Below are positions 43,071-54,891 of a stretch of 64,000 nt of DNA, one piece after another (within the stretch, counting starts at the first letter, position 1; the number at the start of each line of letters is the position of its first letter). The translations under genes and the position numbers were made by a program. The notes under the pieces were generated by a model, which did no database searches, was not told the DNA's origin, and worked only from the letters and a program-made list of their open reading frames with translations. Origin of the DNA: Chrysomallon squamiferum (lineage: Eukaryota; Animalia; Mollusca); contig CM022671.1 in the NCBI GenBank assembly GCA_012295275.1, positions 22,506,001-22,570,000 of the forward strand. The letters are read 5' to 3'.

Positions 43071-46063
43071 TAATAATATTAAGAAGAAGAAGAAGAAGAA
43101 AAAAAAGAATATATATAATAAAATAATAAAGAATATAACAGCACTAAAAAAATAATAACAAAGGTATAACAGTATAATAACAGCAGTAGCAATAACAGTA
43201 ATAATAATAATGGTGATGAATATAATAAAAATAAGAACAACAAAAATAAAAATAATAATGATAATGACTGACTGATACATTACATAGATCTGAACTATAT
43301 ATATAAACTACAAACCTCGGTTTGGTTTATGGTGTTGTTTTGCACATTAAAAGCTAACTTCATGCAAAGTCCTTGAACCAGAAAGGTTGTTTCCATCTAG
43401 AAATAAACAGACCAGAGAATGCATGTCCTGATTTATGTATATTAATGAATAAAAAAATAAAAAATAAAAAAAATAAAAAAAATAAAAATAAAATAAAATA
43501 AAATAAAATAAAATAAAATAAAATAAAATAAAATAATAAAATAAAATAAAATAAAATAAAATAAAATAAAATAAAATAAAATAAATTTAAAAAAATAAAA
43601 AAAATTAAATAAAATAAAAAAAATAAATAAAATAAATACCTGAAAATAAACAACCCAGTATGGAATGAAAACAGCAAACACAAAGAGTATCTTTTTCAAT
43701 TTTTTCACATCTTCGACCAGTGAGTGGTGGAACATTCCACCATACATGTGTTTAGCATTGTCCAGAAATGTTATCTGTATATTTATAGGTTCAGCATCAT
43801 CAACATCTGGTGCAGGGCTGAAGAAAAAGAAATAATGCAATTATTATTATTATTATTAAATTAGCTTTTGAATCTTGGCATATGAAAAGTCTTTTCTTAA
43901 AGAAATAATTAAGATTAATTTTTACATTAAATCAAATCACATCCATTTAATGATGTTATGAAAAAAAACCATCTTAAAAATCTAAACACAGTAACACTAA
44001 AAGCTAAAAAAAAAAAGGTTTTTATATTTTTTGGCAAATATGCATTTTGATTCAAAGAATTCTGCATTTTAAGTTTGTGTATGTCAACTTATAGTTGACA
44101 TTTGAAAATATTTTTCCATTTTCAACAGTGAGATTTTCAAAAAAAAAAATTGTATTTTATTCTTTTTTAAATTTTGTGCATGAAATAAAACTTTGTACAT
44201 GATAAGATAAACCATCTGGAAATTGTAAGATATTGGCTATAAGATAGGGAATTCTGGATAAGAGATCCTCATATCATACCTCTGTTCCCTGGCTTTAATC
44301 AGATTTGATCTTCTTAATTTTCTGCGTTTTTTATTCTTAAAAGCTTCTCGAATGATTCGAAAAATGTTTGTTAATATGCTTCCTGTTGGGTTTTTTTTAA
44401 TGAACACACACAATCCCACTAAAGAAGGAAAAGAAAAAAAAAAAGTTTTGTTACAGAAGTTACATTTATTTCAGTTCCAGTAAATAAGTTACTTATTTCT
44501 ATGACTACCATCTAAATTTTAATTATTTTTTTTTTTTTTTTTTCCTTTGTTGCAGCATGAAAAGAATAATCATCTGACAATAAAATTTATATTTATTTCA
44601 ATAAATGAATTACATATATCCATGGCAACAGTGTAAAAGTTAATAACAACTCTTCTTTCAGGAACAAAAATAATTACCTGATTACAAAAGTTATATTCTG
44701 TTCAGTTACAATAAATTAATTACATTTCCATGGCAACAGTCTGAATTTTGTGTATTAATTTTTGTTATTGGAACAAGTAAAAATTAATTAATTGATTACA
44801 AAAGTCATATTTTGGTCAGTTTCAATAAATTAGTTAACAGGTTCTTAAAAAAGGAATATTGCTTTCAGTTGAAATTAATGATGTTCAAATGAGATTTTTG
44901 CACATTCCAGCTACTGCTCAACTAAGCAGGTTTAATCTCTCATATTTCATTAGTAAAAATAGCTTTTTACATGATTTTTATAACAAATAATGGATGATAT
45001 ACCAAAACTAAATATGCAGGCTCCAACAAAAATACATAAACCAGCTGCAAGGAAACCATCAAAAAATATGTAATGCTGTTGCACCCATGTGATGACTGAC
45101 AGGCCAATAAATGCACCCAGGTTGATGCACCAGTAGTACCAGTTGAAGAAGCCTAGAGTTGTCTCCTGACCTTCTGCAGTGACCTTAATAATTGTAATAA
45201 AATATTAATAGGCATAATTCTGTACAGAGGTGTATGGAAAATATCAAGTGTTTTCTAGAAATGTGGTATCAGTGAAATATAATAATAATAATAATAATAA
45301 TAGAAGTAGTAGCAGTAGTAGTAGATGTAGTAATAGTAACACACATACATGCATACATATACTAGTACGTACATACATAAACATATTCATAAATTTCACA
45401 TTTTACTTTATTTTCTTAAATTTAGTAACAGTGTAAAAATAAAATATGTTTATTTATATGTTATTTATTTATTTGTTTGTTTGTTTGTTTGTTTGATTAT
45501 ACCTGATCTGCACCAAATGGTACTAAGTTACTTTTCACTGAACCTGATCCAACACCTATAATGAAAAGAATTATAAAAACTAGCCAGGCACAATTTTCGT
45601 CAAACGGATTCTGGGTTGTTAATTCAGAATTAACAGACGAGTTGTGGCTATTGCTCTTTGCTAGGCATACAGCTGGTAAATCGCTTCCTCTTTTCGTGGG
45701 AGCGAGGAGTGTTAGTATGGCATAACCAATAACGTACAAAACGAGAGACAAGACGATTGTTTTGTATCTCCCTAGAACAGAATCTGCCAACCAACCACCG
45801 AACAAGGAAGTAATATACGTGATGCAGAAAAGGAAAAACGTTGTTGTCACTGCATGATACGATATCCATTGGAAAGGTTGCTCATTTAGAAACAATACCA
45901 GGTTTCCGACGATTCCGTAAAATGCAGTACGTTCCAGTATAACACATATTAAAATCGATCCTGCGGCAATACGCACGGAACAGACACTGCGTCTGGGTAT
46001 CCCCAGTTCGCTGGCGCTCGGGCTTAAAAGAGGACTTCTCTCCCGCCTATCCTCTTCTCCCAT
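41399..46063 (-). CDS. SLC15A4: SLC15A4/SLC15A3-like endolysosomal peptide/histidine transporter (POT/PTR2 family), 8 exons, 632 aa
   Basis: Exons 46063-45503, 45183-45003, 44418-44280, 43817-43640, 43396-43316, 43022-42773, 42484-42389, 41811-41399 (1899 nt, phases consistent). N-terminal ERSPLL dileucine signal; [17 protein letters not shown]; [15 protein letters not shown]; [14 protein letters not shown]; [13 protein letters not shown]; [13 protein letters not shown]; [20 protein letters not shown]; [11 protein letters not shown]. Confidence 0.94.
42389..42484 (-). CDS. SLC15A4: SLC15A4-like exon 7
   Basis: [32 protein letters not shown]. Confidence 0.93.
42773..43022 (-). CDS. SLC15A4: SLC15A4-like exon 6
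   Basis: [27 protein letters not shown]...[21 protein letters not shown]...INQMI. Confidence 0.92.
43316..43396 (-). CDS. SLC15A4: SLC15A4-like exon 5
   Basis: TTTCTAG acceptor; [27 protein letters not shown]; donor GTTTGT. Confidence 0.85.
43484..43585. repeat. (AAAAT)n microsatellite in SLC15A4 intron 4
   Basis: Directly visible. Confidence 0.95.
43640..43817 (-). CDS. SLC15A4: SLC15A4-like exon 4
   Basis: ...[43 protein letters not shown]. Confidence 0.92.
44280..44418 (-). CDS. SLC15A4: SLC15A4-like exon 3
   Basis: [26 protein letters not shown]...; donor GTATGA. Confidence 0.9.
44599..44831. repeat. ~110-bp tandem duplication in SLC15A4 intron 2
   Basis: Two diverged copies of CAATAAAT..TTACAT..TCCATGGCAACAGT...GGAACAA...TGATTACAAAAGT.ATATT.TG.TCAGTT. 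Confidence 0.8.
45003..45183 (-). CDS. SLC15A4: SLC15A4-like exon 2
   Basis: [36 protein letters not shown]...; AAG acceptor. Confidence 0.9.
45503..46063 (-). CDS. SLC15A4: SLC15A4-like exon 1
   Basis: ATG at 46063 ([13 protein letters not shown]) to PFGADQ; the ORF-track start at 46090 is a TTG. Confidence 0.93.
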
Positions 46064-46184
46064 TTTGATCACAATGTCTTCCAAACTCAAGTGGGATCTT
46101 TGTGAAATGTAAATAATATCAGTAATTAAGATACATCACGGATATTCATAACATAAACAAAACATACGCGCTCCAAGGAAAACA

Positions 46185-46245
46185 TTTTTAATCATGTGAC
46201 AACTGAGTGAATCATGTGATAAGGAAATGAAAAGTGAAAATCAAA
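46185..46245 (-). promoter_or_regulatory. SLC15A4 proximal promoter: two TCATGTGA (M-box/CLEAR-like) sites plus ETS-IRF/ISRE-like element
   Basis: TCATGTGA at 46192-46199 and 46212-46219; GGAAATGAAA 46223-46232; GAAAAGTGAAA 46229-46239; 130-180 bp upstream of the ATG. Confidence 0.55.
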
Positions 46246-47395
46246 CTCGTATGTCGGTCTGGCAGAAGCGCTAAAATTGAATACGGATATTACTTATGGT
46301 GATATTTAAAATAAATAAATAAATATATAAATAAATAATATGATTGATAAAAAATAAATAGATAATATTAATAATAATAAATAAATAAATAATATTATTA
46401 ATAATAAATAAATAATAATAATATTAAAAATAATAAATAAATAAAAATAATGTTCTGAGAAATATAGTAGAAAATTAATAATGATTATAGTAACTACAAT
46501 TTTGTAAACTTTAATTGCCTAGTTTTTTTAGGTTTTTTTTTCTTTCTTTTTCTTTTTTTTTTTTTTTTTTTTTTTTATTAATACTTTTCAGTACCTTTCT
46601 TATAAATTAAATATCAAATAAATAAAGTACACAAAACAATTTACGTATTTTCGGTATAATATTTATTTGTTTGCTTTATAATCAAAACAATGTTTTATTT
46701 ATTTATTTTTTTTTTTATTATTTTTTTTTTTTATTATTATTCATTTAAAATGCTGAAGCAAACTTTTTGGTGAGAAGGGCCAAACAATTCAATAGCGCAA
46801 AATATCTTTTATGACTGAGTCGCAGTCTTTTACTGTCACTGTGGCTACATAAGCAGTAATTATGATAGGCGCAGTAACGTGTAAAATTGTATTGTTTATT
46901 TCCTTCTTCTTCTTCTTCTTTGCTTCTTATCTTGCTTAATACAAAATAAATAAATAAATAAAAGAGAAATGACATATATTTGACAGATATTATTGGTATA
47001 TCATATTTCAACACTAACTGTATTAAGTTGAATTATTTATTTATTTATTTTATCTTATGTTATTTATTATTATTATTTAGTAGCAGTAGTAGTAGTAGTA
47101 TTTGTTTTTGTTTATTGCTTTTTAAAAATTTAAAAATTTATTTATTTCACCATTTCTTAATTTGGCACAATCTAGCTGCATAATCATTCATAATTTGCAG
47201 TCTGCAGGAAAAAAAAATTATTCAATAAAAATGTAAATAATAAATAATAAGTTGATGAAGAAGAATAGAAAAAAAAAAAACATAATTAATTTGACAAAAA
47301 GGAAACTTAATTTTTTTAATACATTTATTTTGCTGTTATAATTAAACACTGTATGATGCCTGTTTTGTTTTTATACTTAATGCAAGTACCATTGA

Positions 47396-47399
<4 letters not shown>

Positions 47400-47456
<57 letters not shown>
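47400..47456. repeat. (CT)n microsatellite
   Basis: Directly visible. Confidence 0.97.
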
Positions 47457-47459
<3 letters not shown>

Positions 47460-48389
47460 GTTGAATTTTGCATTTTAAAATCGAATTATCCGTGGTCAGT
47501 AGATCCTGTATAAAATTTATTTTAATGGATGCAGATATTAGTTTTCAGACGTCATGCCTATTCAAAAATAAAGAAAGAAAGAAAGACAGAAAGAAAGAAA
47601 AAAAAAGGAAGAAAGAAATATTGTTCAAATGTTATAAACATGTATTTTCTCTGTGTAATTTTGTAACAGCTAAGATTAAACAGTTGTTGCTTAAACCACG
47701 AATCAATGTGTTTCCCCTCATTTTATAACTGTATTAGTTTATTTTAAATTGAAAACCCACACGATTTACTTCTGTGCTATCATCCATAGACCGTTGACAC
47801 TGGCACTAGGTCTATCCGAGTAAATTAAAAGAATGATACTAGGTGCGATTAAGGTCAAACCGCAACATCAAGGTGGTTGAATAGCCTGGATCAAAATAAC
47901 AAAAAAAGAGGGGGCCACTGTTTATAACTGCTTTCTTTTGAAACCGATCTCATTTCCCCGCACAAGCGCACACGACCTGTAATTAGATATACTGGCCTCT
48001 GTTGAATACATTAACAGATACTGACCGAAGACAAAAAAGAAATAGTTCCTCGATATTTTGCTAATAATTGCATACATATTACAACGTTATACTTAAGCAG
48101 CTTAATACATGGACGGGCTGTGGATACAAAATATATATTACACCATGATTAGAGAGCAGACCGTTACAAGTTTATTATAATGATTTTTTATTGACGCGGA
48201 TTGATATTCAGAAAATAAATAGTTCGTGAATTCAGCATGGAAGAGTTTACCACACGGTGATGTTGGAATATGGTGTCAGAAACGCCGACAGCCGCTTGTT
48301 TTTTCGGGTGAAATTTTGGATATAGTTCAGATATCGGAAAGGATTTACATATGTAGGACATCTTCAGGATAATGTACACTGTCCCTAAG

Positions 48390-48441
48390 ATGGCGAAAAG
48401 CGAAGGCTTCTCGTGGATCTGGTGCTTTGTTATGATACTAG
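48390..48441 (+). CDS. Probable first coding exon (signal peptide) of an unidentified secreted or type-I membrane protein; the rest lies beyond the window
   Basis: AAGATGGCG start context; MAKSEGFSWIWCFVMIL(G) hydrophobic leader; phase-1 donor AG|GTGAGA at 48442; CpG-rich upstream region; in-frame upstream ATG at 48372; no convincing exon 2 found before 64000. Confidence 0.6.
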
Positions 48442-48888
48442 GTGAGAAAAGCTGTATTTCGCATCTTCTCTGTGTATTCTATTCTCCATTTCCACTAGAT
48501 AGGTGGTGATACTCATCGATCAAGGCTGTTGATTGGCGCTCGTGGAGTCACCACTTTATGTACCTGCCGTTACATACTAGTTAATTGTGGGATTAAAAAT
48601 AAACACAAAAAAACCGTGTATTAAAGAGTCCAGTGGTTAACGGGATTAGTTAATGTTATTAACAGCTGTCAAACGGTGATAAAGTCATTAGATAGTTGAA
48701 GTTTAACAAGTATCATTATGTGTGTGTTATTGTGTAGAACAGTAACACTACGTAAGTGTTTGTTTCTGTCATGCACAATTTATATATGTGTGATACAGGT
48801 TTATATTTGTCAGTATTAATGCATTATTACATACTCTTGAGTGAGCTTGGTATCTGGTGTGTAACTAACTGTATGTGTGTGTGGGGGA

Positions 48889-48892
<4 letters not shown>

Positions 48893-48939
<47 letters not shown>
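48893..48939. repeat. (GA)n microsatellite
   Basis: Directly visible. Confidence 0.97.
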
Positions 48940-48945
<6 letters not shown>

Positions 48946-51852
48946 ATTAGTAGAAGTAAGTAGAATTTCAGATTTTAAACAAAATTCATTTCCAGCTTTG
49001 GATAAACATAAAATTTATATATATATAAATTTTAAATAAAGAAACAAACAATATAACTTCAGACTGTCATAAATATGATTCAGTAATACAAATACGCAGT
49101 CATGAACTACTATTAATTCCATAGAGAAAAAAAAAAAAAAATTATTCCATTATTTAAAAAAAATCTCTCTCTTTCTTTTTTTTGTCTTTTTTACTTTGAT
49201 GATTTATGGCACGATTTTATCAAGTTACACTAAATGACTGTTTCAAATTCTGCTTCATGATCAAAGACAAGTTTAAACCATATATTACAGAGTTTTTGAT
49301 AGAATGTGTGTAAGCGTGTGTAAGTGTATGCATTCATGTGTATATGTGTGCATGTGGATGTGTGTATACATGCATGTTCTTGTGTGTGTATAAGGGTGAG
49401 AGTGAGAGAGGGTAAAATACATTCTTGTATATAACAGTACACAGGTTGACATTTTGACCAGCACAAATTAAGTTCTATGAAGAGGTGTGTGATGGTTAGC
49501 TAATATGAAAAATATCAGTTTGATGATTGTTATAGAGCTTAGTTTATGTCTTTATTGTTTTATTATTTTTATTTTTATTTTTATTTTTATTTTTTGTATG
49601 GTCTATTTTAATCTACTAGAATATGTAGTATCCAGAAAGGTTTTTTTTTTTTTTTTTTTTTTATAATAATGAAGATGGTGATGATGTTGGTGGTGTTGCT
49701 GCTGCTGATGATGATGATGATTATGATAATGATAATAATAACTACACAGGCATACAAGTGAGAATGGAATAGGAAATTTTGTGTTCTGCATGTAACAAGC
49801 AAACCTACTACAAAAATTATGAATTTAAGTAGTTCATTGTAACTTGAGAAATATCTATATCATGTTTTAAATCCAAAGCGGTTTTGCAGGAAAAATTATA
49901 TTATTACAATAATAAATATTAACATATTAAATAAAAATAACACACACCCATTTGTAATGATATAAAATTTATCTTTATGTTCAGTTTAGCACATTTTAAA
50001 AAGAAGGAACAGTATTATATATAGTTTTCAATATATTAACTTCCATAACTTCCATATATGTATGTATATGTTAAAATATAAATAAATAAATAATTAAAAC
50101 AAAAAAATAATAAATAAAAATATATAAAAATATATGAAAAAAACAAAAAAACAACACCAGGTTATTAAACTGAATGTGTAATATTATAGCTTGGTTTAAG
50201 ATATACACACATTCAGTTACTTCAGAGTGTAATAGTAATGGTGTATTTGTATTATGAGTTCATTTTTTGTGTGACTAACAAATACGGCATCTTTTAATGA
50301 AAACTGCATGTTACTGTTGAACGTAAAGATGAAAGAATGAATAAATCTTTGGCAGTCCTGCTGTATGTATCACGATTAGTCAACTCATTTTTTAATTAAT
50401 TTTTTTTTTTCAAGCATCCATACATTACATAATAATAAAGGAGAAACGGCAGCCTGCATGTTGCTGTTATAATTTATATTAAAGTTGAGTATTATTTAAA
50501 AATTTAAAAAATATATTATCTTCATAAAACTGTCATTTGAAATTAAAAGAAAATTTTTTAAAAAAATGTTTATTCAGGTTATTTGTTTACACCCACATAG
50601 GTAAACATTAAAACGAAGGCAGTAAAAGGTGTTTAAAAGTGACAGAACTTTGTTTATAGGTAAATACTCTATAGACTATATACTGCAGGTAAGAAATTGA
50701 AATTTAAACTCTAGAAAGCTAAATCGTTGTAAAAAAAAGTATTTTAAAAAACTTTACAGATAACTATGGAACAATAAAAAATTATATTGAATAAACTGGG
50801 AAAATAAATAAGTAAATAAATAAATATTTAATAATAATAATAAATAATAATAATGATCAGTTATTTTACTGTAAACATTACAGATTAATTGTAATATTAA
50901 AATAAAAGTATTGAAGTAAAAGTTACGGGCAGGGCAACAAACAATGTAGGAAGTGTTTTATGTTGTGCAGTATTGGATTTTTGTGTTGTTTTCAGATGTG
51001 TGTATTTAAGAAAGCCTCACCATGTTCTCATAGTTTTAGATATCAAACTTAAATAATAATAATTCCATGAGCTCATTCTCTGATTGTCAGTTATTGGTGT
51101 GTATGAGTATGTGCAGAAAACACATACCAGGCTGTATAATATTACCTGAGATTGGCTTTTCTTCATTCCAGCCAAAAGCTTGATATGAGAAACAGTCAAT
51201 CTCAACTAATTATGCCTTGGAATTAATAATTAAAAAAAAAAAAATATATATATAAAAAAAAAAAAAAATGAAAATAATGTGTAATATACTAAAGATAATA
51301 AAAGTAAAACAGTCATCACTTGTAGATCTTACATAACAATACAGAATGAAAATAAATTAAACAGATAATTTTTTTAAAATCGCCTTATTTAAGAAGAGAT
51401 AAACTGAAAACAAAAAGAGATTTGAAACCACCGACTGTTTACCAAGTTTTAATGAACTTAACAGAAGCAGGGGTTTAAGAAATTTACTCTAGTTTACAAA
51501 CAACCATTATGAATAGAAGTTCTAGCATTGCAGACAAGATTAAAGGTAAGAAAAAAAATAAGATGTTTGAATTATTCACGTGAGTCTGCCAATTACGTCG
51601 CTTGAGTCGACTGCTTTAGTGTTGGTGCAAGAGTTGTTGAACCATCTCTAAGTAGCCAACACAAGTGGATCAGTTGCTCTTTCAAACACTTTATTTGCTT
51701 TTTGGATAACAGTATATGTTTGCTCAGTGCTTCGGTTACCCTGCTGTAGAGAGACCGGTACACTTTATTATAGCCGGCCCTTTGAAGTCTGATTAAATGT
51801 TTTTGTTGTACCTTGTCTGAGAAATTATTGCTGATGTGTGTGTGTGTCTGTC

Positions 51853-51896
<44 letters not shown>

Positions 51897-54042
51897 TGAG
51901 GAATTTATTGTTGTGTGTACATACGAGTATGTAAACAAATATTAATATTTTGGATATCTTAGGGTATGTCTGTGTGTATAATAACATTCAGTATGCATGC
52001 ATGTGTGTGTATGTGTACATCTGTGTAAATTTGTGTGTGTGTATCTGTATGTAGACTTGTGTGTGTGAGAGAGCGAGAGAGAGAGAGTAATAAATAGAAA
52101 TGCAGAATAGTACCATAATGTGTGTGTGTGTGTGTCTGTTTTAATATCTCTGAAGTTTGATTACATGTGGCTGTCATAACTTATGTTAATTTGATGAGAA
52201 AATTTTAGGGGTGAATGGTAAAGTCATGAATAAGTATATAGTTCATGTTAAGCAAGCATGGAGCATATAGTATTATTATTATTATTATTATTGTTATTAA
52301 ATAAATAAATAAATAAACAATAGTAACTGAATTGAAATTTAAATGAAGCTCGTAACACTTGTATGTAATCTATAGTATCTTCCTGCTTTTGAACTGAAAA
52401 TCTTCACTTGTCTCTTGCCTTAAAGAAATAAAAACCCAGACAGCAATTAAAGTGTAATTAAGTTAAAAGTAATTACATTAGTTCATTGTACAGACAGACA
52501 CACATGTTAATTAAAGTTTACATATTTCCGGTTTATATATATATTCTTCCAAAAAGGAACTTTTTTTTTTTTTTTTTCCATGGACTGAGCCATAAACTGA
52601 ATTCCTGTGTTAATAATATTTTTATGTCTGTTTTTATTAAAAGTCTCATGAGTGTAAAATATATTATCCCAAGCAGCAGCTGGTGCACATTATTATTGTA
52701 ATATAAACATTTAAAACAAAACTTACAGTGTATACTGTTATTTGCATTAGACTGGTATTTCAACAACATATACATTATCTTCTTTATTTAATTTTTTTTT
52801 CTTTTTTAAATCAATTCTCAGATTTCAGATATTGTTTGTGCTATTTAATGTGGGTGAGGGTTTGTTTTGTGGTTTATTTTGTTGTTTTTGTTTCTTAAAT
52901 CATTTTATTCATTTTTCCTTTACATTATAATATTATATTAACAGAACTGATTCCATTAACAGTTCATGTATATATATATAGAGAGAGTAATTTTTAAAAT
53001 TTTTGATTTTAAGTTTGTTATTTTTTATTTTTTACAAATTTACATAATATATCTTGCACGTCAGTTTTTCACATTGTTATTACAATACTTCACTAAAGTT
53101 GCCACCAGCACTTTCCTCATTTTTATCAGCGATAAGTGGAAATTTATATAACCATGTGTGATAAGCAATATAACTTACAATGCCATGGCCCTGGGTATAT
53201 AAGAAACAAACAGCATGGGCAGAAAAAAAGAAAAAGAAATCCATCCATTGTGTTTGGAGCTATCTGTTTCCAGTGTATTTCAAACCACAGGATCATTTTG
53301 TCATTTACAAAAGCAAAACTCTAAACAGCTTTGTCGAAGCATGGTTTGTAGACCATAGTGCCATGTTCGCTATAAGTAAAGTGAAATTCAAAACTATTCA
53401 TTTCAGTTCTTTCTTCCTTTCTTTATCACTCTCTATTTTTTTTTTATTATTATTATTATTTTTTTTTTTTTTCAATAATAAAAATTTCAGAAAATAATTT
53501 TTAAAGTTTGTTATAACCTTTTTGTGAAATTATACTACCAGAGACAAATACATTTATGAAAAAATATGTAAAATATCTGATGATCAGTTAAACAGATTAT
53601 TGTTTGAAAATTACTGTGGATGTTTTGTTGGATTTTATTTTTTATTTATAAATTTAATTGTTTGTTTTTTTGTTTTTTTTTTTTTTTATTGTATTAAAAA
53701 TTGTGTTAAGGTTTATTTAATGATAGTCATCTGAAATTTATTTTCCCCATTTTTTCAAGAGTATACTGTTTCTTTTATATTGATATTTTACATATATAAA
53801 TATATATATATATATGTACACACACATTATACATACATACATATATATATACATAATACATATATTCATACATACATATATTCATACATGCATATACATT
53901 ACACACACACATGCACATATTGAATTTTGTGAGTTACTTATTTGTCTAGACATTTCTATCAGCACTGAACTAATCATGTGATAACTACTTTGACAAAATA
54001 TCTCTAATTACATATAATATTTCTACTTAACAAATTATATAC

Positions 54043-54215
54043 CAGCAGTGGTCAAACCATGGCTCTAAAACCACATGCAGCTCTTTGATATTTGAGGTGT
54101 GGCTGGTAAAAATATGTTGTTGGTCCTTTTTATTTTTTTCTCCATCACCACATAATATCAAACATCTGGAATTTTCATATGTGGGTCTTCCATTAAGCAA
54201 GTTTGCCCATCCTTA
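54043..54215. mobile_element. Decayed hAT (Charlie-like) MITE, ~173 bp
   Basis: Left end CAGCAGTGGTCAAACC and right end AGTTTGCCCATCCTTA both resemble a CAGGGGTGGGCAAACT-type TIR; internal GGCTC/CCACATG/TGTGG subterminal motifs; 8-bp flanks only partly match (TTATATAC vs TTATGCTA). Confidence 0.55.
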
Positions 54216-54846
54216 TTATGCTAAATACATTTGGTAAATGTTACAGAACTGACTGTTGCACCTTTTTTGCCCACCATAACAACTGGTTGTGTTAGCCTCA
54301 ACGAAGTTGAAATTTAAGCAACCAAACTGGATAAAAAAAAGCATGATCAAATTTGTAGAATATGATTGTCCAACATGATTTATTAAGAAAAGGTTATAAT
54401 TAACATCTCGGATGTTTTTAGAAAACATTTGTTTATCGGCTTTCTGAAAACACCAGACCAAAACGTATATTTCAAAGAAATATTGGGTTTGTTTATTGCT
54501 TAAGGAGATAGAAATTAGATTGCAGCTAAAGAATCCAATAAAAGAAAATGAGTTTTTGCAAGACTGTCACATACAACCTTTTGTTAATAAGGTGACTGTG
54601 TATTGTTATTGATTATTGCTAAGATGTATTTGGCTAATGCAGGATATTGGCTTGGTATACATAATTACTGTTACGTCTTGCTTATTGGCTTTATTTTTGT
54701 GGTTGTGTAATAACATGTAGGTGTGTTTTGTTTTGGTACAGTTTGCTGTTGTGTGTCTTATGTGTTTATTGTTACAAATTATTCATGTGTTTCTTTATTT
54801 CAGTGCTTTCTTTTTTCCTCTCTTTCACTCTCTTCCTCTCTCTCTT

Positions 54847-54891
<45 letters not shown>

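Noticed and set aside
46064-46090. N-terminal extension MSLEDIVIK of the SLC15A4 ORF
   Set aside because: It starts at TTG; the ATG at 46063 has good context and puts the dileucine motif at the usual N-terminal position.
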